DNA of 63,166 nucleotides, counting the filler, from an uncultured archaeon (GTDB taxonomy: Archaea > Nanobdellota > Nanobdellia > Woesearchaeales > CAIVOO01), in the NCBI GenBank assembly GCA_903842985.1. It is 5 parts of 5 records of this genome, joined end to end, with 100 filler letters (N's around TTAATTAATTAA, not from the genome) between each part and the next. Parts side by side here need not be neighbours in the genome. Positions count along the whole stretch, not along the records: positions 23,523 to 47,151 come from CAIMOB010000031.1; positions 47,252 to 59,035 come from CAIMOB010000033.1; 3 more parts are not named here. One strand, 5' to 3'. The notes beneath the pieces were generated by a model. That model searched no databases, was not told the DNA's origin, and saw only the letters and a list, made by a program, of their open reading frames with translations. Below are positions 46,909-56,897 of the stretch, one piece after another. A program made the position numbers and the translations under genes. Each line of letters opens with the position of its first letter. Position 1 is the first letter of the stretch.

Positions 46909-47151
46909 TAATACACTTCTTTAAGAATTATTTCAACCAGCTCAATTCCACCTGTTTTAAGACCAGCTTTAACACTCTCGATATTATCAGTGCTTCTCTG
47001 CGGCAGTTTTATGGGATAAATTTTAACCATTTCTATATTATCAGTGCTTCTCTGCGGCAGTTTTATGCTGACATGTTTCTCAGGATCAAATTTACTGTCT
47101 ATTGTCCTCTGCTTTGCAGCTGCCATTTCCTGCATCACAATGCAATTCTGA
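46905..47151 (-). CDS. Hypothetical protein fragment with a 54-bp-period internal repeat
   Basis: IKLPQRSTDNIE twice; DNA copies at 46981-47013 and 47035-47067. Confidence 0.5.
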
Positions 47152-47251
47152 NNNNNNNNNNNNNNNNNNNNNNNNNNNNNNNNNNNNNNNNNNNNTTAAT
47201 TAATTAANNNNNNNNNNNNNNNNNNNNNNNNNNNNNNNNNNNNNNNNNNNN
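47152..47251. other. Artificial contig linker
   Basis: N-run-TTAATTAATTAA-N-run. Confidence 0.99.
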
Positions 47252-48121
47252 ACAGGGATAAAAGCATACAGCTGGAAAGACAAGCCTGCTTTTGAGATAA
47301 TAAAGAAGAATACGGGAGTTACAAGATTAATTGGGGTTGATGAAAAGGAAACAAGCGTTTACCTGCAGAAGCAGCTGAGGAAAAAATTCAAGGCAAGGTT
47401 CAAGGACGTCTCTGAAATATGCCTTGATCTGAGGGAGATAAAAACAAAAGCAGAGATTAAGCTTTACAGGAAGGCGTGCAAATTAACAGATAAGATAATT
47501 CAGAAATGCATTAACAATTTCAAGAGATTCAGAACAGAGGAGGATGTTTCGGTTTTCCTGAAAAAAGAAGTTCTTGACAACGCAGTCGGACTTTCTTTTG
47601 AGCCGATAATTGCTTCAGGGCCAAATGCATCGTATTCGCACAAGGCGCCGAAGGGCAGATTGAAAAAAGGATTCTGCGTAATTGACTTCGGGATAAATTA
47701 CAAGGGGCGCTGCACAGACATAACAAGGACAATCTATTTAGGAAAGCCTTCGAAAAAAGAAAAAGAGATTTACGAAGCTGTTTTGAATGCTCAGCTTAAT
47801 TCAATAAAAATCCTGAAGCCAGGCATGCAGGCAAAAGATGTTTATGATTGTGCTGTAAAGTCGCTTGGAACACTTTCAAAATACTTCACGCACGGACTTG
47901 GACACGGGATTGGCGCAGAGATACATGAAAAGCCAAATCTTAGCCTGAAATCAAAAGGGATTATCAGGAAAAACTCGATTTTCACAATTGAGCCAGGTGT
48001 TTATGTCAAAAATAAGTTTGGGATAAGGATTGAAGACGACGTACTGATGCTTGACAAGCCAGTTGTTCTTACAAAAACATCAAAGAAGCTGATTTGCGTT
48101 AACGTTCCTAAGGCACATTAA
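47252..48121 (+). CDS. Xaa-Pro peptidase (M24), 5' truncated
   Basis: DFG...TDITRT, HGLGHGIG.EIHE, TIEPG, GIRIED. Confidence 0.93.
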   Translation, partial: TGIKAYSWKDKPAFEIIKKNTGVTRLIGVDEKETSVYLQKQLRKKFKARFKDVSEICLDLREIKTKAEIKLYRKACKLTDKIIQKCINNFKRFRTEEDVSVFLKKEVLDNAVGLSFEPIIASGPNASYSHKAPKGRLKKGFCVIDFGINYKGRCTDITRTIYLGKPSKKEKEIYEAVLNAQLNSIKILKPGMQAKDVYDCAVKSLGTLSKYFTHGLGHGIGAEIHEKPNLSLKSKGIIRKNSIFTIEPGVYVKNKFGIRIEDDVLMLDKPVVLTKTSKKLICVNVPKAH

Positions 48122-48225
48122 CCATTTTTCTAAATCTAGAACCGCCATTTTAACTATTTCTCCGAAAGATTTAAATATAAGTAAATTTATATACATTTTA
48201 AAAAGTAAAAAAATAAGTATAAAAT

Positions 48226-50829
48226 ATGAAAAAACTGCTTTTTTTCGTCGTATTTCTGATTTCTGTAGCAATAGCTTTCGCAGCAGTTCCAAATCCAGGG
48301 CATTCAGCCAGCCAAGTCGGTCCCGGAACATTTCCAGCAGGCAATTATTCTTTGCAACCAGGATTCGGTTTGTACTGGGGCAATTCTGTCAATTCAAACC
48401 AACACATAAATGAAGATAGCGGAAATCTCTGGATTGGAAAAGAAGCAGGCCCCTGGGCAAAATTTGATTCTTTGACAAATACAGTTGAATTATTTAAAGA
48501 TGTCAAATGGACAGGAACATTAATTAGTGGAAGCGTTCCCTGGGCAAGGTTGATAGGTGTTCCTGACATTCAGACAAAAATAACAGGAACATGCGCACTT
48601 GGAAGCTCCATAAGAACAGTCAACCAAGATGGAACAGTTGTCTGTGATTCTGGGGCAGTAGGCGTATGGACACGGTCAGGCACTAATCTTTATCCGGCAA
48701 ACATCAAAGACAAAGTCGGCATCAACACTACAAATCCGAAAGTAGCGCTTGATGTTGTCGGCAAAATAAATGCAACAGGTGACATCTGCACAGCCGTTGG
48801 CAACAAATGCCTGAGCACAGCAGGTGGAGGCTTATGGGCACAAAAGGCAGGCACGAATGATATCTATAACACAAACATAGGCAACGTCGGCATCAGAACA
48901 AAGGCGCCAGACAGGAATATTACCATAAATGGGACAACCAGCATACTTGTCGGCTCCACTGCTGCAAACAAGGAAGAGCTGCTGGTGCAGGGCGGTTCTA
49001 ATAATGTGAGCATTTCTGCTGCAAGATACGCTGTAATAGCTGACACAGACTTGTTACTAGGCGCACAGAGAGGAGGCGGCTACGGCGGTGTAAATATAAT
49101 GACGCTGAAAGGAAGCACAGGCAACGTCGGCATCGGCACGACAACGCCAAGCGGAGATCTGCACATATACGGCGGAGGTCATAGCTGGGGAACTCCACAG
49201 TTACTTATAGAAGGCACTTCTGCAGACTCTTCGCTTTTAGGTTTTAAAACATCAGGAAGAAAATTTGAGATTGGACTGGTAACATCCGATGCTACAGATT
49301 ATCTTGCAATTCAAGATGTCACTGCTGGAGCAAATAGATTTATCCTAGATCAAAATGGCAACGTCGGCATCGGCACGTCGCCAGGAACTTCTAAATTGAA
49401 AGTGGCAGGCACAGTGGAATCTTCATCTGGAGGTTACAAGTTTCCTGACGGAACAACTCAAACAACAGCAGCCACTGCCGGCACAAGTTATTGGACTTTA
49501 TCAGGCAGCAATCTTTATCCGTCTTCAACTAGCTACAACGTCGGAGTCGGCACAACGAGCCCCGGCGCGAAATTGAGTTTTGGTAATTTGAATGATGGAA
49601 GGGATACCGCTGATGGGATTACCTGGTACAGCCCCTCTCCGCTGGACTATGGGATTTATCGAACTGCTGGAGCATGGTCTGCTCCATATCAGCAATTAAA
49701 ACTTGCTTGGGCGACAGGAATTGTTATTGATGGCGGAAGTTCATACGGCAAAAGCGGCACAGCGTTGCAACCTAGTGGCGGCAACGTAGGTATAGGAACG
49801 TATCCATCTAGTTTATCAAGATTAACTATTGATTCAAATCTTGGAAGCACAAGTCAATCAGCTCTCAGTGTAATTTATGGAGGAGGCACAAGCACACTGG
49901 GAGAGTTTGCAGCATTAGCACATCGTGATGGATTTTGGTCTACAATTTATGCAAGCACAGGCACTTCAACAAACGGGTATGCAGGATATTTTAAAGGGAA
50001 TATAAGAACAACAAGTGAAGCTTATGTTGGCGGCTGGTTAAGATTCAATTCTGGCCAAACAGGCCTCTATTGGGACAGCGGGTCAACCTATCCTGGGCAT
50101 CATTTTTATCCAGAAAATTCTTATTATATGTACTTGCGAAGCGGAGCAAATGACCCCGGAGGGATGCATTTAATTAGGAATGATGGAACAAGCAGGGGGT
50201 ATATTTATTATGATAGCAGTTATTTTGGATTGCTAAATAATCAGGGTTATTGGGCATTAAGAATACCTCATGGCACTCAAAACGCAATGTTCGACGGCAA
50301 CGTCGGCATTGGCTTGGCTCCTGGTGCGGATTGGAAACTACAAGTAGCAGGAGGCACTTACGGAACATATTCATCTGGAAGCAGTTATGGAGTTTATGGT
50401 TCTGCTTCCACTTATTATGGAGTAAGAGGAGATGGCGCTTCTATGGGAGGTTTTTTTTATAATACTGTTACTGGCATTGCTTCTTACCTCGCTTACAACT
50501 ATTATGGAATTTATACTAGCGGCGCAGGTTATTTTGGAGGCAGCGTTAACATGGGAGGCAATTCTATTACAAATCTTGCAGACCCGATTAGCCCGCAATA
50601 TGCTGCAACAAAAAATTATGTTGATACAAAAACACATACTGTTAGTATTGGAACTACCTGTGATACAATCACTATAGCTGTGCCGGGTACAGGCAGTTAC
50701 TCTCCTTTTTCAACAGCTTCCTGTCCCGCAGGAGAAGTTGTTGTTCAAGTAGTGCAATCACGAAACAATGATGCAGATAGAGATTGGGTGTCGTCAATAA
50801 AATGCTGCCCAATTATTGTATCACATTAA
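48226..50829 (+). CDS. Large secreted fibre/adhesin-like protein
   Basis: Signal peptide; repeated GNVGIG motifs; NLADP...AATKNYVD motif; Cys-rich C-terminus. Confidence 0.85.
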   Translation: MKKLLFFVVFLISVAIAFAAVPNPGHSASQVGPGTFPAGNYSLQPGFGLYWGNSVNSNQHINEDSGNLWIGKEAGPWAKFDSLTNTVELFKDVKWTGTLISGSVPWARLIGVPDIQTKITGTCALGSSIRTVNQDGTVVCDSGAVGVWTRSGTNLYPANIKDKVGINTTNPKVALDVVGKINATGDICTAVGNKCLSTAGGGLWAQKAGTNDIYNTNIGNVGIRTKAPDRNITINGTTSILVGSTAANKEELLVQGGSNNVSISAARYAVIADTDLLLGAQRGGGYGGVNIMTLKGSTGNVGIGTTTPSGDLHIYGGGHSWGTPQLLIEGTSADSSLLGFKTSGRKFEIGLVTSDATDYLAIQDVTAGANRFILDQNGNVGIGTSPGTSKLKVAGTVESSSGGYKFPDGTTQTTAATAGTSYWTLSGSNLYPSSTSYNVGVGTTSPGAKLSFGNLNDGRDTADGITWYSPSPLDYGIYRTAGAWSAPYQQLKLAWATGIVIDGGSSYGKSGTALQPSGGNVGIGTYPSSLSRLTIDSNLGSTSQSALSVIYGGGTSTLGEFAALAHRDGFWSTIYASTGTSTNGYAGYFKGNIRTTSEAYVGGWLRFNSGQTGLYWDSGSTYPGHHFYPENSYYMYLRSGANDPGGMHLIRNDGTSRGYIYYDSSYFGLLNNQGYWALRIPHGTQNAMFDGNVGIGLAPGADWKLQVAGGTYGTYSSGSSYGVYGSASTYYGVRGDGASMGGFFYNTVTGIASYLAYNYYGIYTSGAGYFGGSVNMGGNSITNLADPISPQYAATKNYVDTKTHTVSIGTTCDTITIAVPGTGSYSPFSTASCPAGEVVVQVVQSRNNDADRDWVSSIKCCPIIVSH

Positions 50830-50837
50830 AACTAAAA

Positions 50838-51005
50838 ATGACAACTCTCAAACGTAAACTATATCGAAGGGGCTCGAGCTTCGAGACGACAATACCTATG
50901 CCTCTCCTCTTCGCTTTAGACAAATCCAAGAAGCATAATGTTCTGTTCAAGTATGACAGCAAGTTAAACAAATGGTTCATAGAGTTTGAAGCAGTGAAGA
51001 AATGA
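50838..51005 (+). CDS. AbrB/MazE-like small protein
   Basis: RKLYRRGSSFETTIP. Confidence 0.7.
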   Translation: MTTLKRKLYRRGSSFETTIPMPLLFALDKSKKHNVLFKYDSKLNKWFIEFEAVKK

Positions 51006-52090
51006 TGTATAAGCTAACAAGCAAAGATAAGACAGCAAGGACAGGAATTCTGAAAACAAGCCATTTTTCAGTCGAGACTCCTTTCTTCATGCCTGTTGCC
51101 ACAAGGGCTTCTGTAAAGCAAATAAGCTCTTCTGAATTGAATGAGATGGGCTGCGAGGCAATAATCGCAAATGCATTTCATCTCTACCTGAAGCCAGGAA
51201 CACAGTTGATAAAAAAAGCAGGCGGTTTGCACAAGTTCATGGATTTTAATAAATGTATTTTCACAGATTCCGGCGGATTCCAGATTTTAAGCAGTGATTT
51301 TTTTGTCGGCAGAACAAATAATGGCGTTATTTTCAAGTCCTATGAAAACAAGCAGCACATAATGACGCCTGAGAAATGCATGGAGATACAGCAGGAGCTT
51401 GGTTCTGATGTTGCAATGACTCTCGACGACGTTCCCAAATATGGTGGAAGCAGGGCGCATATTGAAAAGTCAATGGAGATGACACACAGATGGGCAGAGC
51501 GATGCAAAGATTCGCATAAAGGCAAGCAGCTTCTTTTTGGCATTGCCCAAGGCAGCGTTTTCAAGGATTTGAGGGAAAGAAGCGTTAAGTTCATTGATTC
51601 GCTTGATTTCGACGGCGTTGCGTTAGGCGGATTGTGCATTGGCGAAGGCAAGGCAGACATGCACAAGATGGTTAAGGCATCTGTCCCGCACATTTCAGAG
51701 GAAAAGCCAAGATATTTGATGGGTGTCGGTTCTCCTGAGGATATTATTGAGTCAATCGGAATGGGAATTGACATCTTTGATTCAGCATTTCCAACGCAAA
51801 ATGCAAGGCACGGCTGCATTTTCACGAAAAAAGGAAAGATGCAGGTTGAAAAGGCAAGATTTGCAAATGATTTCAAGCCAGTTGACGACTGCAAATGCCC
51901 TGTCTGCCAGAATTACACAAGAGCATACCTCAATCATTTGTTCAGGTCAAAGGAGATGCTTGGAATGAGGCTAGCTTCATATCATAACTTGTTTTTTATC
52001 CACGAGCTTCTTAGAAATGCAAGAAAAGCAATCAGGAAAGGAGATTTTCTGAAATTCAAGAAAAGTTTTCTGAAGAGCTATTTACACTAG
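51002..52090 (+). CDS. tgt: Bacterial-type tRNA-guanine(34) transglycosylase
   Basis: TPFFMPV, DSGGFQ, GIAQG, PRYLMGVG and CxCxxC/H zinc site; no PUA extension. Confidence 0.93.
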   Translation: MMYKLTSKDKTARTGILKTSHFSVETPFFMPVATRASVKQISSSELNEMGCEAIIANAFHLYLKPGTQLIKKAGGLHKFMDFNKCIFTDSGGFQILSSDFFVGRTNNGVIFKSYENKQHIMTPEKCMEIQQELGSDVAMTLDDVPKYGGSRAHIEKSMEMTHRWAERCKDSHKGKQLLFGIAQGSVFKDLRERSVKFIDSLDFDGVALGGLCIGEGKADMHKMVKASVPHISEEKPRYLMGVGSPEDIIESIGMGIDIFDSAFPTQNARHGCIFTKKGKMQVEKARFANDFKPVDDCKCPVCQNYTRAYLNHLFRSKEMLGMRLASYHNLFFIHELLRNARKAIRKGDFLKFKKSFLKSYLH

Positions 52091-53170
52091 AAACTTGCCG
52101 TTCTTCTGTATCAGTTTCTTGTCAAAATAAACTTCACCACCATCAAACCTAAAATCTTTCAGTATATCCCAGTGCAGCGCAGACTTTGTGTTTGCATTCT
52201 TTTCATTTCCCTTGCAGTTTTCAGGGTAGCAGTGGCCGAGCGCAAGATGTATTGTTCCGCCAATTTTTTCGTCAAAGAGAAGATTTTTTGTGAACTTGCT
52301 TATCTTGTAGTTGCAGCCTATGCCGAATTCGCCGATGAATCTTGAATATTCATCCATGTCAAGCATAGCCTTGAGGAATTTTAGGTTCTTTTCTGCTTTT
52401 TCCTTCACAACCTTCCCATTCCTGAATTCAAGCCAGATACCACTGACCTCGTTGCCCGCCCTTATTGCAGGATAGCTGAATGCTATGTGGCCGTTCACTG
52501 AGTTTTTAACAGGCGAAGTGAAAACCTCGCCGTCAGGAACATTATGAGTGGCATATTCTGCCATCGAAGTCATCCCCTTTACAGAAAAGCTCAAGTCTGT
52601 ATTTTTGCCGACAATCCTTACAATGTTTGTCTTGTCCAGTAGTTTTTTAATCCTGAGCATCTGCGGCATAACATTTTTTGAATCAACGCTCATCGCACCA
52701 AATGCAAAGTCCTCATACTCCTCCAAAGACATATTTGCTTCCTGCGCCAGCGCATTTGTTGGATAATCGCAGCCGACCCACCTGTCTTTTTTCATCCTGT
52801 AATCGCTCAATGGCTTCGTAACCCTGCTTCTCAGCGCCATTTTTTTTGGGTCTATGTTTGAGAATTCCCTTGTATTGTAGTCGCCGCTTATGTTTATGAC
52901 AGCATCTGTGTTCTTCTCCTCAAACATCGCAACCTTTGGGAATTTTTTTAATTGAGCGTCGCTTGCATATTTGTAATAAATGTAGCCGGCTCCAGGAACC
53001 CCGCACCTTATGTAGGGGAAAGCGCCTTTCTTGACGCAGAGCCTGTAGACTTCCAGCGCAAGCGGACTTGCCTCTGGTTCCATAGATATTCTCACAGCAT
53101 CATTTTTCTTAACATTGACAGAATGCTCAACAAGAAGCTTTGCTATTTTCTCTATTCGCGGGTCTTTCAT
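52082..53170 (-). CDS. Aminopeptidase, M29 family
   Basis: NVPDGEVFTSP, GEFGIG, DEKIGGTIHLALG, SALHWD. Confidence 0.93.
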   Translation of the reverse strand: MKDPRIEKIAKLLVEHSVNVKKNDAVRISMEPEASPLALEVYRLCVKKGAFPYIRCGVPGAGYIYYKYASDAQLKKFPKVAMFEEKNTDAVINISGDYNTREFSNIDPKKMALRSRVTKPLSDYRMKKDRWVGCDYPTNALAQEANMSLEEYEDFAFGAMSVDSKNVMPQMLRIKKLLDKTNIVRIVGKNTDLSFSVKGMTSMAEYATHNVPDGEVFTSPVKNSVNGHIAFSYPAIRAGNEVSGIWLEFRNGKVVKEKAEKNLKFLKAMLDMDEYSRFIGEFGIGCNYKISKFTKNLLFDEKIGGTIHLALGHCYPENCKGNEKNANTKSALHWDILKDFRFDGGEVYFDKKLIQKNGKFLV

Positions 53171-53216
53171 TATATTTGGTTTAAGAATGGGAGTTTATAA
53201 AACTTGCGCGAAGGGT

Positions 53217-53315
53217 TCATCCCATTACATTTTTTGCGTACAATAGAAAAGCCATAGCTATTAACAGGATTAATCCCACTATGATAAAAACCTTCATCTG
53301 GCCTTGTTTTCCCAT
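53217..53315 (-). CDS. 32-aa class III signal peptide micro-ORF
   Basis: MGKQG|QMKVFIIVGLILLIAMAFLLYAKNVMG*; TATA-like sequence upstream. Confidence 0.5.
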   Translation of the reverse strand: MGKQGQMKVFIIVGLILLIAMAFLLYAKNVMG

Positions 53316-53411
53316 AATGTTTATTTTAATTATTGTTATATATAAATTTGTCTATGTGAATATGGCTTTTTAAGCAAAAGCTATATAAACCTGCATCTTT
53401 TGCAATAAACC

Positions 53412-54554
53412 ATGAAAACAAAGGCAAAGGATGAAATAAAGGATGCAATTCTGGGGTATACTGCAAATGTAGATGATTTAGATGCAGAAAACCGCATTCT
53501 CAGGGAGACAGTCACGCACCTGAAGGATGAACTTTCAAAGTTTCAGAAGAATCCGCTGATTATTGCGGAGGTAAAGGATGTACTGGACAATGGAGTTGTC
53601 CTGAAGCTGACCAACGGCAACGAATTCCTAGTTGATGTTTCCCCAGGCTGCACTGAAAAGATCCACCCAGGCGACTTTGTTCTTGCTGAGCAGAAGAATC
53701 TTACAATCATAAGAAAAATTCCTTCTTCAAAATCATTTAATGTTGAAAGATATGTAATAATTGAAAAGCCAGATACAAAATTTACTGACATTGGCGGGCT
53801 TGAGCAGCAGGCAGAGGAGATAAAGGAAGTGATTGAGCTTCCGTTGCTGAAGCCGGAGTTATTCAAGAAAGTGGGAATAGAGCCCCCAAAGGGAATCCTG
53901 CTTCACGGGCCTCCTGGCACAGGAAAGACACTGCTTGCAAAAGCAGTTGCGTCTTCAACAAACTCAACATTCATAGAGGTTGTTGCATCTGAGCTTGTGC
54001 AGAAGTTCATTGGTGAAGGAGCCAAGCAGATAAAGGAGATATTCCAGCTTGCAAGGGAAAAAGCGCCTTCTGTGATTTTTATCGACGAGCTGGATGCGCT
54101 GGCAGCAAAGAGAATAGACATAGGCACAAGCGGCGAAAGAGAGGTTCAGAGGACATTCATGCAGCTTCTCGCTGAGATTGACGGATTCAAGCCGTTGGGA
54201 AATGTGAAGATAATTGGCTGCACAAACAGGAAAGACATACTTGATCCTGCAATCCTAAGACCAGGAAGGCTGGACAGATTGATAGAGGTTCCAATTCCAA
54301 ATGAAGCAGGCAGAAGGGATATTTTCAAAATCCACACGAAGCGCATGACGCTTGAAAAAGTTGATGTTGACAAGGTAATCAAAAAGATGGAGAATTTCTC
54401 AGGCGCAGAGATAAGGGCAGTTGCCACAGAGGCAGGCTACTTTGCGATAAGAGCGAACAGAACAAAGGTCAAGGAAGATGACATGCTCAAGGCAGTTGAG
54501 AAGGTAAGGCAGGAAGAGGAGTTCGAAGAGGAATACAAGGATATTTTTGGCTGA
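53412..54554 (+). CDS. pan: Proteasome-activating nucleotidase
   Basis: Coiled coil and OB domain; GPPGTGKT, FIDELD, RPGRLDR; C-terminal IFG. Confidence 0.93.
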   Translation: MKTKAKDEIKDAILGYTANVDDLDAENRILRETVTHLKDELSKFQKNPLIIAEVKDVLDNGVVLKLTNGNEFLVDVSPGCTEKIHPGDFVLAEQKNLTIIRKIPSSKSFNVERYVIIEKPDTKFTDIGGLEQQAEEIKEVIELPLLKPELFKKVGIEPPKGILLHGPPGTGKTLLAKAVASSTNSTFIEVVASELVQKFIGEGAKQIKEIFQLAREKAPSVIFIDELDALAAKRIDIGTSGEREVQRTFMQLLAEIDGFKPLGNVKIIGCTNRKDILDPAILRPGRLDRLIEVPIPNEAGRRDIFKIHTKRMTLEKVDVDKVIKKMENFSGAEIRAVATEAGYFAIRANRTKVKEDDMLKAVEKVRQEEEFEEEYKDIFG

Positions 54555-54626
54555 TTCTATATTGTGCGCATGTCCTAAGTAATTCCTTTCATCATCGCCG
54601 AAGCTCAGAGGGTGTTCACTCTAGGA

Positions 54627-55640
54627 TCATGCTCTGCACTCGAAATCAACGCAAACCCTGAATGCGCGCGGCGCAAGCTGCCCGCACCTCACAAAACCAA
54701 GTATCCTGCACTTCTTTTTATTTCTTTCGCAGGCCTTTTTAACCTTCTCATATGCCTTTTTTGGTATATCCTTGTCAGCAAGGAAGTCATAAAAATGAAT
54801 AACTGCCTTTTCCTTTGCCGCCTTCAGTGCAACATCAAGAAAATTCTCTCCTGATTTTGGCAGCGGCATCAGAATCCTGTCAAACTTCTTGTTCAGCTTC
54901 GGAACAACCTTCTTTACGTCGCCCAAAAACAGCTTAACATTGTAAAGCCAGTTTTCCTTGGCATTCTCCAGCGCATATTTATGCGCGTCAGGGTTTATCT
55001 CAACACCATAAACGCTTTTTGCCTTTGTGTTCTTTGCAATGACGCAGACATAGGGACCTGCGCCTGAAAACATGACAAGCACATCCTCACCCGGATTGAC
55101 CAGCTCCATTATCCTTTTTCTTTCAGTTGTAATCCTCGGCGAGAAATAAACCTTCTCAACATTCAGCTTAAGCTTCACGCCCAATTCCTTGTGCACTGTT
55201 TCCTTTGTGTTTTTGCCTGCAAGAAACTTCATCTTCTGCGCCCTGAACTCGCCTGTGTGGCTGCCTTCTTTTCTCAAAACAGTTTTTATGTTTGGGGCTG
55301 TAGCGAGCAGCGCCTTCCCGATTACCTTTTCTTTTTTCCTCAGTTTATCATCAATCTCAAGAATTGCAATTTCGCCAACAACATCAAATGCGGTTTTCAG
55401 TTCAGAAAGCTCATTTTCTGTTAGCTTACCCTTCAAAACTTCCTTCAGTGTCTTCGGCCTTTCAATTTCTTCAAACTTCTTGTCTGCAAATGAAAATTCT
55501 GTCTTGAACTTTTCCTTTATGGGCAGATAAATAAAACCTTTTTCCTTGAATATTCTGCACCCCCTTTCAAGAATACCTTTTTTAATCAAATAGTCCTTCG
55601 TGGCTTCAACTTTTTTTAGAGGTACTTTTACTGCAAGCAT
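54627..55640 (-). CDS. Trm5/Taw2-family tRNA methyltransferase
   Basis: FDVVGEIAI, VYFSPR..TER, MFSGAGP, DRILMPLP. Confidence 0.9.
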   Translation of the reverse strand: MLAVKVPLKKVEATKDYLIKKGILERGCRIFKEKGFIYLPIKEKFKTEFSFADKKFEEIERPKTLKEVLKGKLTENELSELKTAFDVVGEIAILEIDDKLRKKEKVIGKALLATAPNIKTVLRKEGSHTGEFRAQKMKFLAGKNTKETVHKELGVKLKLNVEKVYFSPRITTERKRIMELVNPGEDVLVMFSGAGPYVCVIAKNTKAKSVYGVEINPDAHKYALENAKENWLYNVKLFLGDVKKVVPKLNKKFDRILMPLPKSGENFLDVALKAAKEKAVIHFYDFLADKDIPKKAYEKVKKACERNKKKCRILGFVRCGQLAPRAFRVCVDFECRA

Positions 55641-55641
55641 T

Positions 55642-55851
55642 TTATTTCTTTCCCGGCACATATGGCTTAAACATTACAGAAAAAAGAAGCAAGCAGATTG
55701 CCAGCACAATAACATATTTCCAAGAAAAAATCTTAGTTATTTCAGCCCATTTCATCAGCCAGATCAAAAGTATAGAAATGATTAAGTAAAACACTGCCTT
55801 GACCAGCAAAGCAGCTCCAAGATGTTTTAATGCAAAAGTTACTTTGCCCAT
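55642..55851 (-). CDS. Small membrane protein
   Basis: 69 aa, two TM helices. Confidence 0.65.
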   Translation of the reverse strand: MGKVTFALKHLGAALLVKAVFYLIISILLIWLMKWAEITKIFSWKYVIVLAICLLLFSVMFKPYVPGKK

Positions 55852-56876
55852 GCTCCCAGTCCTGTTTGTTTTTTCTGCTCTCCGAACTTCTTCAGCTTTT
55901 CAAGCGTAGATTCAACCCTTTCAAGGCCGAAATCATGCTTGTCAACAAGCAGCTTAATAATCCTCTCCTTATTAATATCTTTCCATTTTAGCTCATATTC
56001 GTCTGTAACAGGCATATTTTTTATCAACTCATAAACCTCTTTCCATGAAAAGTCAAAATATTTGCTCCATTCAAGCTTGTCAAACATGTTATCAAACCGT
56101 CCATTGTATTCCTTCACAAGCTTCAGCGCATTCTTTGGCCCAACTCCTTTTATTCCGCTAGGATTATAATCAGTCCCGACTAAAATTCCAATCATTATCA
56201 TCTGCTCCTGGTTTATCCCCAATTCATTGAGATTAGGCTCAAGCTCTATCAACTGAGGGCGGATATTTTCATAGCTTAATTTTCCGGGCAGCTTTTTCTT
56301 TTCAGAAATTGTCAAGTTCTGCAATAATTTTTTCACGCCAAACAGCAGGCAGTCATAATCCTGGCTTACCTCGCCCCACAATTCCCCCTTGTTGACCATG
56401 TAAGCTGCCTGCGCTTCCCCTTCAGACGGCGCCTGGATAACAGGCAGGCCGAGCTCCTCGACAACCTTTTTTGCATCCTCAACCATTTCTTTTGTCAGCT
56501 TCGTGGTTCTTGAAGCATACTTCTTCATCTCCTCAATATCTTCTTTTTTGGCAGCCTCCTCATACCTCAGCTTTGCCTCTGCTTTAACACCTGCCCTTCT
56601 TTCTGTCTCCCTCCATTTCATTTCTGGCGCTTTGCCGTCAAAAACAAATGCAGGCATTATGCCGTACTGCATAAGCTTTGTTGTCCTGCTGAACAGGCCA
56701 ACCAGATGACTTGTGACATTCCCGTGACTGTCCGTAAGCAGAGAGCCATCCCTTTGCCTTATCGAAGATAAAAACTGATAAAGAACATTAAATGAATCTA
56801 CTGCGAGCTTCTTGTTTCTCAGCTCATCCAATGAAATTTCCTTCTTTTGTATTATTTCCTTAAGCTTTGTTCCCAT
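55839..56876 (-). CDS. fen: Flap endonuclease 1
   Basis: APSEGEAQ, SQDYD, GTDYN and PIP box QTGLGAW. Confidence 0.97.
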   Translation of the reverse strand: MGTKLKEIIQKKEISLDELRNKKLAVDSFNVLYQFLSSIRQRDGSLLTDSHGNVTSHLVGLFSRTTKLMQYGIMPAFVFDGKAPEMKWRETERRAGVKAEAKLRYEEAAKKEDIEEMKKYASRTTKLTKEMVEDAKKVVEELGLPVIQAPSEGEAQAAYMVNKGELWGEVSQDYDCLLFGVKKLLQNLTISEKKKLPGKLSYENIRPQLIELEPNLNELGINQEQMIMIGILVGTDYNPSGIKGVGPKNALKLVKEYNGRFDNMFDKLEWSKYFDFSWKEVYELIKNMPVTDEYELKWKDINKERIIKLLVDKHDFGLERVESTLEKLKKFGEQKKQTGLGAWAK

Positions 56877-56897
56877 TTTAAAAAATAAAAAATAAAA

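Noticed and set aside
46981..47067. 33-bp direct repeat as a mini-CRISPR
   Set aside because: Only two copies with an in-frame 54-bp period inside an ORF at a contig end
48226..50829. Diversity-generating retroelement target
   Set aside because: No reverse transcriptase and no template/variable repeat pair seen in the window
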